Source: Laetmonice hystrix
Taxonomy: Eukaryota
Assembly (NCBI GenBank): GCA_965235115.1
Contig: OZ249447.1
Span: 5,828,001 to 5,892,000, forward strand
Length of the DNA stretch: 64,000 bases
Direction: 5' to 3'
Shown here: piece by piece, positions 40,201 through 52,200 of the stretch
How the letters are laid out: the number at the start of each line of letters is the position of its first letter
Position numbering within the stretch: position 1 is the first letter of the stretch
Notes under the pieces: model-generated
What the model saw: only the letters and a program-made list of their open reading frames with translations
The model's database searches: none
Told to the model about the DNA's origin: nothing
Program-made: the position numbers and the translations under genes

Positions 40201-43200
40201 GTCTCCCAAACAGTCTCAGAAAGTCATGGACCAATTTGACATCACTTAAAAAGAAGACGGCTATTTCAACTGGAGAGACAGACTGTAAAAAATCGCTGGA
40301 TTTTTCTGACGTTGACAGTACTCGAAACTTACCACAAGACACTTGTGAGTGTAAAAAGGAAACGGACTTAATTTTCGTAGAACAGTCTTCGCCAGTTAAA
40401 AACACCAGGCGAGCAGAGGAGTCTACAGGAGATGCCCAGTTGATTCCTTTCAAAAAGCCAAGTAGCAAGGACATTTTCAATTTTTCTGATGCAGAACAAA
40501 CACAAAATAGGTGTGGTTGTATACCAGATCAGGACCAGAGACTAAACGATAGAGTGTCTGGCAATATAAAACATAGTCAGCTAAACGAAAAGATCCCAGA
40601 TCAGGACCAGAGACTAAACGATAGAGTGTCTGGCAATATAAAACATAGTCAGCTAAACGAAAAGATCCCAGATCAGGACCAGAGACTAAACGATAGAGTG
40701 TCTGGCAGTATAAAACATAGTCAGCTAAACGAAAAGATCCCAAGTCCCAAGCTTACCTGGAAAACCATTTTATCCAAGCTATCCTGCCTGAGGCCGCAGC
40801 AGGAGAAAAGAAGAAAGTCTGACCCAGGACAGAGAGGTTTTGTGGGTTCAGGTCAGAACCTCCGATCAGTTCGCCCAGCCCGCTATTCAGATGAGGATTA
40901 TACTAGTGCTTGCCGTACAGCTTCTCGTCCATACAGGGTGAGGGGTCAGAGGTTCACAGTCTAACTAAAACTAGTCTGGTGAGGAAAGGTTGGGTGAGAT
41001 GGGATGTGACATGGTGCAGTCAGTAGTGTTCAGGAGGCTAGTATTGTGGCATTCATAGAGTACACTAAGACAGCAGGTTAATGAGGAAAGAAATGTGCAG
41101 ATCATTTCAACCATCCTGCCAAGAATTGCAATGAAAATATGCAACAAAGACTTTGAAAATACAAAAAAAAGTCGCCGTTAGAGACCTATAGTAGCATCAG
41201 GTGTTTACTTGCTACCTATATAAGAAAACCTAGAGAGAACTCGCCAAATCTTGTTTCTCTAGGGGGCAGGTAGGGGAGTGTACTCCTGGAGAACACACTT
41301 AGGTTACACGTGCCTCTAGCCTGACTGCATGTTTTGTATGAAGAAATTCAGTTTGGAAGGAGTGTGATGGAATTGTTATTTGTTTGTTTTGCAGGTTAGC
41401 GTTCGTCCAGGGATGACTTTAAAGGAGGCGCTCACAAAGGCTCTCAAACTACGGGAGCTCAATGCAGAGAACTGTTCTGTGTACTTCATAAATCCACGTA
41501 CGCCGGTCTCATGGGACACGGACATCGCACTGCTGGCTGGTCAGGAGATCTCTGTCGAGCAAAAGGAGCACATCCCACTGACCAGTATATCTCACAACTT
41601 TGTAAGTGCATCCCACAATATTGTAAGTACCGTGTTTTTGTTTCTGTTGCCCCTAATGGCCCACCTCGCCCCGAAACCTCCCGAAACCTATCCCTGTTTC
41701 TCCCTGACCATCCAGCCATCCGTCCTTTCCAACTTTCCATAAATCCTGTCTGAAAAAACTACGTAGGGTCAGTACTAACATCTAGACATAGTGTGGGCTG
41801 ATCCTCACTGTCATATTGAGTAAGTACAGAAATATTCTTTCTATCTTATGCTGAAATATTGGACGTTTTTCAAGTAATTTAATGAAATGAGCAACTTGAT
41901 TTTTGCCGGAGTTCGTTTCTTGCTTTGAGAACCTGGTGGCGTACTACATACTCCCATGGACCACTAACTCACTAACCAAACATTGTTCTAGCCCCTAAGT
42001 GTCACATGGCGAATCTGTCCTTATGCAATCCAAAAACAAGACAAAAAAACCTATGCACCATAAATAGTAAAGATCATTGTAAAAAGACTGAGTATATTCT
42101 TGTACATTGTCTTACCACAAATCCAAGCAGTGTTTTGACATATTTTCATGTTAGAATTAAGGAATTTATAGTGGGACCACAAGGCAGTCACACCTTGAAT
42201 AATATTGGCCCATGGGCTATTTATAATATTTACCTCCACTTCCTATCTTAACACCTTGTTTGACACGCGTGTACACAGGCACACTTCATGCATGACAGTA
42301 TGTGTACCTAAAATGGTTACAAAACTTCCACGTGTGTCCTCACAAGTTTGGTTGAAATGAAGTTTTGCTAGGAATGACCAGCTCCAAAAATAGCCTTGTC
42401 TTCATGCCTGACACAGTCCTTTTTTATTGTTTTATTTCTTTGCTTCAATCTTTAAAAAAAGGACTAAAACTTAGAAAAGTAACTTTAAAAAGGTCTTGGT
42501 GTATTTAACTGTTATTTGAAATTGCTTTGGGCATGCAGACATTATTTGTCCTTAAATACCAGTGGGTCCTTCTACTGGTCAATGATGGTCTGCTGCATTG
42601 TCCCTTCCTAGGCCTAACAAAAAAATTTGTTTGTTTCCGGTTTGTGGCCCCTCAAAAATAGGATTGGTAGGTAGAGTTTTAAAAAATATTATTTTATATT
42701 TTGTTAATATATTTCAATATAGCGTGATAATTTAAAGTACACAAGTAAGTAAGTTTATATTTTCCACCCAACAGTAATTCAGTGATGCCTGCCTTAAAGG
42801 ACCCCTCTCCAGGCTTCTGTTGATGCAGTGCCAGGAGGCTCTGGAGGGAAGTGGGGGCGGGAACAGCATCATTTTATTCTTTTTTTATATTTAAAAATCC
42901 TCCCCAATGGTCCTGTTCACATTTCTCTAGACTAGTCCGAGTGATGATGTGCTTCCAATGTCAGCTACTCTAGACTACTCGACTAGAGTACATGTACAGC
43001 CCAGTTGAGATAGGCCGGCCATGCTTACGAGCACTCTGTTATATGTATGTGTGGATCTCTGGACTGCACACTTCGGTAAAAGCTGGAGAATAATTCCACC
43101 CTAAGACTTAGTTATATTTCTACGGCCTACCACAATACTCTTTATCATTTTAGCTGATTTTGGGTTTTACCAGAAGAAAATAGATCAATCACAAGTGCGA

Positions 43201-46200
43201 GTAGAATCTAGTGATGTTGCGGACAATGCTTCTCTACGTCAAATAGGGGTCTGACGTGTTCTCGTCGTGACATCATGAGATCATTTCTAAGCATGTAACA
43301 AAATTGGGACGACCTCTATTATACAGTTGGCCGACACAAATATGATACAGTCCAGACGCGGGCGTCTGTAAAATGATTTTTTAAAAGTAAATCTTTGATG
43401 TAGTAACAACAAGGCGATTTTGAAGGAGATCGCTGAGGTTGCTCTTTAACAGGATCGGTCGGAAACCGGAAACAAACAAATTTGTGTGTTTCGCCTTACA
43501 GGCGCTTACCATTGCTGCAAGTGTCTCACCTATAAAAGGCTCCTAACTTGTGTTGTCTTGTTACATAACTTGTATTGATTCCAAGTCTGCTTGTCTGTCA
43601 TGCTGACCATGTAAAAATCGCAAAACGATGCCGATTTCTAACGTTTTTCTTCATGAACATCATCACAGATATCTTGAGCAAAGGAACCCTTTCAAGATGA
43701 CTGCGTAGCAAACAGTAAATGAAGCTTACATTCTAGGAGCCCATATTTGTCATTTCAAATGCACCTTAGCGGAATGTCTAATGGATATGCTTGTTGACAT
43801 CATCTGTTACAGGTACGCAAAACGTTTTTCACACTAGCATTCTGTGATAGCTGCCGTAAGTTGCTGTTTCAAGGATTCCGATGCCAGACCTGTGGCTATC
43901 GCTTCCATCAGCGGTGTACCGATAAGGTTCCCGCTCGATGCCAGCAAGGTGGAGATGACTACGACAATGACCCAAACCTCGCAGAACAAATCAAGCGGTA
44001 TGTCCAGTCATTCCCTCTAAACTGTATACAGGCTGTTGGTTAAACCTGCCTGGGTTTAATACTTTACAAACTATAACATTTGTACCCCTGCATGTGGTTG
44101 GTTTAGTAAAATTGTTAGGCATTTTCTTATGGAAGGTACTTTAGTATATGAAGTATTTGAAGAATTATTATGACTATAGTCAAGAATAGCTTGCTTCGTA
44201 AAAAAAGAAAGTAATAGAAAAACTAGAAGGAGAACTGTTGAACTGTACTGTTGTCCATGGGCAAGTGCCCGTAATTCACACGTATTTTGTGTAGATGCAT
44301 GAATGGTTGAGGAGAGTTACTTTGGTAAACATTTGATTTAAATCATGAAGCATATCTTAATGATCACGTTCAAAGAGGCAATTTCTTAAGAAGATGTTCA
44401 GTTGCAGAAAGCAAGTTAATCCTGGGCTTCCACCATTATTGTATTGACTAACAACAAAGCAAAAGGGCAAAAGAAAATATAGAAAAAAATACCATATTTT
44501 TGCCACACTGGTGAAAAAGAAAAAATTCCCAAAATAGCAAGGAAATCCTTGCCATTACAATGTAGGTACAGAAATTCTGATGTGGCTAAAGGAATTGGTT
44601 GCCCGTTTAGTGACAGTGGCTAAAGCAATTTATTTGCAAGAGGAAGCCCAGTAATCAATCTATGAAATTTCTTAAACCTTGTTTAAAACTAGATGTTTTT
44701 AAAGAAAGATTAAAGATGTGAGGGCGCTTTGATGAGTCAGCCCATCCTGCTGGGTGGTTGGCATCACTAGACTCTGTTTAAATGGTTTAGGTTAGTCTGG
44801 TTGCCTGCCATAGTTCTGACACACCATGTCTTACCCACCGACGTTCCTAAGATGTGGGTTCTGCACTAGACAGTAATGTTTTAGCACAGCCGATGACTGC
44901 CATCGCGTGATTGTTGGTAGTGTTAGTAGTAGTAAAGTCGAAGCCCTAGGAGCACTGTTCTATGTGTGTGTGCGTGTGTTTTGTGTTTCAGCCTGTTAGC
45001 AGGTCAAGAGCCCAGCCCATACATCAGTACCTCACTGCTCCAACCGGTGGCCCCTCAGCGACACACCCCCTCCCAGCCCCAAGCCATCCCCAGCCGCCCT
45101 CGTCCGCAGATCCCCCAACGAGAGCGCTCCACGTCAGCTCCGAACGTCTGCATAAATCTTGTCCGCGGCACTGATCAGGGACTGGAGGTACGTAGCCGGC
45201 GTCCTTGACCCCATCTCGAGTAACCTGCGCAATCTGGTTACCTTTCAGCGGAGATTTATCCGGCTCCTCATCCACACCTTACCTCCAGCATCGTCTCGCT
45301 CATCGCCAAATCTTGAGTCCGTCGAGTCCCTGTGTGGTTCCGCGGTCGCCGTGGGCAATCAGTGACACTCCCTCTCGGAGGTGGGGCGCAGGCGATGAGC
45401 ACTCAACGTCCGCGCCCAATGTCCATAGTGTTGTGAGTGTAGACGCTCCGTTGGAGGTATGTGAGGCTGTCTTGGACTGTTGGTTTGTTGGTTATTCTAG
45501 TTGGTAGTTGGCCATATTTGTATACAACAATGCTGCGTCATTCATTCATTCATTCCTACAAGATACCACTGTCCTTTCATTGATTGGTTGGTTGATTGAT
45601 TGATTGATTGAAATTTAGTTATACCGTTTGATGTGTTTCTCTTGACGGATTTTGGTGGTTAGTAGTGAGTGACAGCACCTGCCACTAGAGGGCGTAACGT
45701 GTTGTTGCCACGGGGAGGTCACTGTTGTCGCCTCACTCCTGCCTAATCACTCATGACTCTTTTATTTCCACACACATGCAAACAGTGTACGTTCTCACAC
45801 TTAGAATTAGTAAGTCGGGGAGCGACCCCTCCCCCTCCTCCCATGCCCCCCTACATGTTCATCAGATGCTTGGCTCATGTATTCCCCAGGAAGGCTCCTC
45901 TATGTGTGTACCCAACCAATGCCTTCCTTCAGTGTCATTTGGCCAACCACTGTCACTTGCCCACGGTATAGCGACAACAATAGGCTTTCTACTAGTTGAT
46001 GCTTAAATAGATATGTGACTGCACAAGTTGACGTGAAGCACTTCTTTATTCCTTCAGACATTCAATCATTCATTTCTTGTGGTTAACTTATTGTTGATTA
46101 CTATGCTGACTGCTAGTTTATCTGGGTCATTTGTTGAATGAATAATTGACTGATTATAGATTAACTGACCGACAGACTGAACAACTGGGCAGTGTGCAGC

Positions 46201-49200
46201 TGGGACACTACAAATTCTGTGCCACAAAATCGTTACTCAGAGCAGTAGTGGAGAGCTGGTTGATCGTTCTAACATAATATAATAACTAAAACAGACTCAA
46301 AAGTGAAGTAAAAGTGAAAAGCACAGTAAGTGGTAAAAACTGAAGGCAGTGCAGTTGGTTGTACTTGTGAGTAAGCCTTTATAAATAAGATGGTAGATTT
46401 ATAAGATACGGTTTATAAGAACTCTAGAAGGAAATACGTTCCTTCTTTGAATCGCAGGTGACTTTCCTCTGATTCTACTTAATTTTATATTCCGTGGTTC
46501 TGTGATGGATTCTTTAACATGGATATTCTGTTTCATTTTGATTTCTGACTTCTTCAAATGCTTACCGTAAAATAAACTATACTGTATTATGATGGCTGAT
46601 GTACACACTTTGTGAAAAGGCAGGGACATGAGTGGACACTTTGAGTTGAGGATGTCGTGGTTTCTGGTGGATATTCTGGGTATGAAAATTGATTTTCTCT
46701 TGAGTTGTCCTGTTTTTGTGTTAACAATGAACCCATTAGGTTTTCCACTTTCTGGTGGTTGTTGGCGTTTCCATTGTATTTGACCTGCAGACCAGAGAAG
46801 GAGCACGCAGTGTCTTAGATCATGGGTTTTACTGGTGGTGGACGGAGGTTCAGTGGTACGGTCCTGCTGCGGCTGCAGGCTAGCAATGCCTGAAAATACA
46901 GGCTTCACAACGGCTTCATAATTTTGTGCATTTTTTCCCCCATTTGTCTAAGTGAATGGTGATGCGTCATCAGGTTCTGAAAGGATTTGGTGACATTGGG
47001 CAGGACACGCTGTCTTTTGTTAAAAGATGGTTGGGGTAAGTGTCTTTATCTAAAGGAGGAAAAAGCTTTGAAAAAAGGAACACCATTTATGGTATGTGTA
47101 AGACCTGCTTAAGCAATGATTCAGCGATTTCAGAAAGAGATGTTATGGTTTGTTACATAGTATCTTTTGTGGGTTTTTTTATATATTGATTGTTGAAGGT
47201 GTTGTTTTTTTTGCCCATGTTTTCCCCGTTCGTTGTTTTGAGTTTATACTAATGCAGTTACTGAGATTTTCCTGGCTTAGCCCTATACAAGGCTTTCGAT
47301 CCTGTTTTTAAGTCAGTACTCGTAGCAGAGAGTCTTGTCATCATTCTGTCATCTTGTTGATCTGAATGGATACTGATAGCCTGAAGACCCGTGACTGCCA
47401 GGCCAGTTTAGTGTGCCTGTCAGTTAGGGTTTACCCTACTACTAGTACTAGGTTCATGTAGTCCTTGAGTTATTCTAGTATTGTTGTGTTTCATTTTGTC
47501 GGTTTGGTTTTAGTCCTCTCAGTTACTCAGTTGCCAGTCAATGCCAGAAGTGTTTCTTTATCTTGTTTTGACCTTTGTTTGGTGGAGACTTGAAATGTTA
47601 TATATTGTAAAGTCATAAGTTGATGATATATTTTAATTGAAATTTGTACCATCACCAGTTATGAACCTTGCATGCGACCTGCCCAACTTCAAGTGACCCT
47701 CGCAAAGTTAGTTTTGTAGCCATTACCCAGGGGTGACATGTAATTTCGTCAAAAATTTCTCCTTGATGGAGATATTAATAACATTACAAATTATTGGCTT
47801 TCTCTGGTACCGTAGTAAAGGTGATTTTTTTTACTGTCAAAGAACTACCGGTATATTGTAGAATATATTGAAAAGCTTGTTGTGGACGTATTTTAAAATA
47901 AAAACGTCATTGTAAGTCATGCCTGGGTTTGTTATAAATTTACCCATACTAATGGTGTTATGCCATGATAGTTGTGATGTGATGTGCTGTCCACTTCTTT
48001 TTTTTAAATTTCTTACCATGCCATATAGGATGAAGAGATTAAAAATGTTTCAGGATTTAGTGTATTTGTAAAGATGTATCAGTGACATAAATACACACAA
48101 TTCAGTTCTCAAAGCATAACTGACCATAATGCGTAATATTACACAGTCGTAACCACTTTTACTGTAAATATCTGTGTCAGACTGGTGTAATAATAATTGG
48201 GATCTCACAAGGCCTGTTTCATGATGTCTAGTCTCTGCCTGTGATTCTCAATTCGATACTTTGTCTTTTTTTGTACTCTGTACATCTGAAGGTTTGCTTT
48301 TGTCTGTATCTGAAGGTTTACAAGATCATGATGGACAAACATTCCTCAGGCGTTAACATTTTCTTTTCCATATTTGTTGCTTTATTTTAGTGGAAATTTA
48401 CAAAAGTTGCAGAAATATTTTTATTATAAGTTATTTATTATAAGTTTTTTTCTGTTGTCTGCATATTGGTGTTTGGGGTGTTATTTACCCTTGATTGAAG
48501 CTGAGGTTTGGAAACGAGATTTTGTTTGAAAAATGAATTTTGCTGTTGCACTTAGGTCATGCTGTTATTCTTATGCTTCATAAGACATGCGTTGTTTTAT
48601 GTATCATGAGGCGAAAATAAATGACTAGGTTATTCATTGTTGTTTTTTTTGCATGAGGTATTTATAAAAGTTGATATGCCAACAGTTTCATTCACATCTG
48701 TCCATGCTGTAATGATTTCAGGAGTTTGCGCGCAACTTTGCAGCAGACGGACAACTGCATTCAGGTAGGTGACAGAAAATGACGATGGCTGCTCCTAATG
48801 TTCATATTCATAAACGTGTAAAAACAAAAGACGCAAACTTCAGACTGTTGAATGAGATAGAGGAGTGTGTGGTGGGGCAAGGTGGGAGCGGTTGACAGTG
48901 AGGAAACAGTCTGTGTTTGGGAGCAGGAACGGGGGTTAGGTATTCGCGGCATAGAAATGAAGGGCTAGGAAAGTTTTGAAATGAATTGATTTCCTGGTTT
49001 TGAAGTTTACTGCTATGGTGCATGTATGAAAGAGAATGCTTTATGTGTTCCTTCTTTTGATTGTAGTTTTATTAATGTAACTCTTTTTGTTTTTAATTGT
49101 CCAAATGCATGAAATGAGTATTTGAAGTACCTTATATTTTCTGTTGTCAGTTACAAGTGAATTTTTAACCATTGATTGGTTTTAGAATTTTACAGTAATC

Positions 49201-52200
49201 AAGTTACTTGGTTACCCATTAATGCTAGATAAAATATTGTTTTTGTATTTGGTTAAAAATTTGCATTAAGCATTCTGTTTTAATTTCTTTCATTAGCGCT
49301 TTTGATATTGACTCACCAACTGATGCAGTATTGAATAGTGGTGTCATAATTTGCAACCGGGAATGCATGTTTTTAGTAGTTAGGTGTTGTTTGCCCTGTA
49401 CCATGCTTTATGCCCAAAGATCTCATGCTGACAATTTAGACAAACCGCAACACAGTAATGGGAGACTTGAGATGCATGTGCAATGGGTCATTCCAGGCAC
49501 ATCGACTTGGCGGCACCACTGTCGTACCGGTCCCTGCTGTAACATATTAGCATTGATTTAGATAGGACAACGAAGTTCTAATCTGTGCAAGGATGCTGTA
49601 GCTGTAATTATTATGAAATATCGTAACATTTGAAAGTCCTACAAGTTCAGGAAGTCCTACACACTGTAATTTTTCCATAACAAAAAGTTGTAAAGCATCC
49701 GAACACAGCTTGGCATTTTGTCGCCCTATCTAATCTTGTGCTGCGTTGTTGGAGCGAGGACCGGTGCGACAGTACTGCCACCATGCGAAACAAGATTTTT
49801 ACGAGTCGACCATTGATATTCTAAGACGTATTCGGGCCACCTTTGAAACAAGACTTCTGATTGGTCAGACACCATCAGGTTAACCAATCAGAATAGCTTA
49901 GAAATATTGCTTGGTTGTCAGCCTGACCTCTGGCGGTTTGCCTGGATGTTGTATCTTTGATTGACCTTTGGCTTTCTGCCTTGTTGTCTTACAGATGTAT
50001 CAGTGCCACCCAGTAGTTGTACCATTGGTGCCAACCTGCGGCATGCTAGTGACAGTAGTGCCTCTGCGGTGCCACCCTACCTCACCAAACCCTTCTCTCA
50101 CCCCTATGCCACAGTGTCACATTCATATAAAGGTATTCACAGAATTTGCAGCGCCCTCTGTTGAGCATTAAGAGTTGTTGAAACAGGAAGGACTATCTCG
50201 TCATTCTTACCACTCCGTACAAAGATTGCATTTCGGTTATCCTGACTGAGAATATGGTAAAATGTTTTGCCAAAGAACTGAAGAAAATGAAACATTTTTA
50301 GAAATTACAGATAGTTCTCATACCAAGACACTAACTTTGCTTCTTTCAAGTCAAAATTAAGTATTTCCATTGCAGTAAGGAAATGATATAAGCTGTTAAG
50401 AAAGATAAATAATTATGTTATAACTTTCTACAATGAAGCCGAACAAAATAAACCAGGCCAAGGTTAATAGGATTTTCTTGCCGTTTTATCACGTGAAATA
50501 TTTGTGTGAAATTTCTCAAGTTATGACTGAGCCCTTGGTCTGTGGAAGGAGTAGCAATAATTCTCTTACTTACCATATTTTTCCAATACTAAAGCTTATT
50601 GTTCCTGTGGGTGTTAGTTTTTTTTTAGAATTTGTAACTCATTACTAGGTGGCTGTACCCTCTCCTCAGCAGGGCTGAGCTCTGATAGGGACTCGCTTTA
50701 TACTTTTAAAAATCTTAATGGAAATACAAATGTAGTAGGATAGTGTTTCTGGCTGTAGCTCAAAATAGCTTCAAGTACCGGGTATAGGGAAAGGCGGCAG
50801 GTTGTCGTCATGATACTAACTTTTAAATAATTATCAGTTTGGTCAACGCTCCTCTTTAGCATTATTCCAACGTGATTTATAGATTATGGTTATTTTCTCA
50901 CTATAGGGGATTCTGCAGTCCCCCCTACACTGTGGGAAGGCATTTCTTGTATGGTGCTCATGATCAACCTGTCAGAATAGCCTCTTTTGTGAAGATGTAA
51001 ATTTTATGTGGCTATCGAAGGACTGGAGTTGTTTTCTATGCTAACTTGTACATCCTCCTGCCATATATACTACACCTGTTTTCAGACTTGGTTTATACAG
51101 GTATTTTGTGTTGTGTCGTTAGTTACACTGTATGGTAGATGGACACGTTTCGAGTGAATTTTGTTAACTTGTATTGCTTTAAAACCTTTTTGGGGATATC
51201 AGTCAGCTACTTATTAAGTTTTATTTGTTTTGGTTCTCTACATCAAATACATTACTGAATGGCTTACAGGAAATGATCCATGGTTAAAATGATTTACAGT
51301 GAAAGTGTCTGCCAGTATGCACAAGACACAGTACAAGACATGATGTTAAACAGGTTGTTGGAGCAGGCCGTAGTACTACACGTATTAGGTAGTGAGACCC
51401 TGATTTGGGAGAACTGTTAGGGTATACCGTGACGGAAACTTTGTATCGGTAGTTACTGAGAACCTGTGACAAGAACAGCAGTAGTGAATGGAAATTGACT
51501 GTGATGGGCCTTTATAATGATATGGTATGACGGGTCAATTATAATAAAACCTTAGTACCATTTGGTGTGAAAGGTCAACTATAATCGAACCTTTATAATC
51601 ATTTGGTATGACAGGTCAATTATAATAAAACCTTAGTACCATTTGTTAGGAAAGGTCCACTATAATACAACCTTTATAATCATTTGGTTTGACAGGTCAA
51701 TTATAATAAAACCTTAGTACCATTTGTTAGGAAAGGTCCACTATAATACAACCTTTATAATCATTTGGTTTGACAGGTCAATTATAATAAAACCTTAGTA
51801 CCATTTGTTAGGAAAGGTCCACTATAATACAACCTTTATAATCATTTGGTTTGACAGGTCAATTATAATAAAACCTTAGTACCATTTGTTAGGAAAGGTC
51901 CACTATAATACAACCTTTATAATCATTTGGTTTGACAGGTCAATTATAATAAAACCTTAGTACCATTTGTTGTGAAAGGTCAACTATAATCGAACCTTTA
52001 TAATCATTTGGTATGACAGGTTAATTATAATAAAACCTTAGTACTATTTGTTATGAAAGCTCAACTATAATCGAACCTTTATAATCATTTGGTATGACAG
52101 GTCAATTATAATAAAACCTTAGTACCATTTGTTAGGAAAGGTCAACTATAATCGAACCTTTATAATCATTTGGTATGACAGGTCAATTATAATAAAACCT

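Noticed and set aside
39909-40937. Internal cassette exon using AG at 39907-39908
   Set aside because: The acceptor lacks a polypyrimidine tract, and inclusion would insert 343 aa mid-RBD. The first-exon model is preferred but not proven.
43211-43254. Box C/D snoRNA (GTGATGT...CTGA)
   Set aside because: Imperfect C box, too short, no terminal stem, and it lies within a TIR element.
46791-46847. Possible extra phase 0-0 RAF exon ([19 protein letters not shown])
   Set aside because: Weak donor (gttcag), no homology and no supporting pattern.
46399-46908. 169-aa antisense ORF in RAF intron 6
   Set aside because: No recognisable domain or splice support; plausible by chance.
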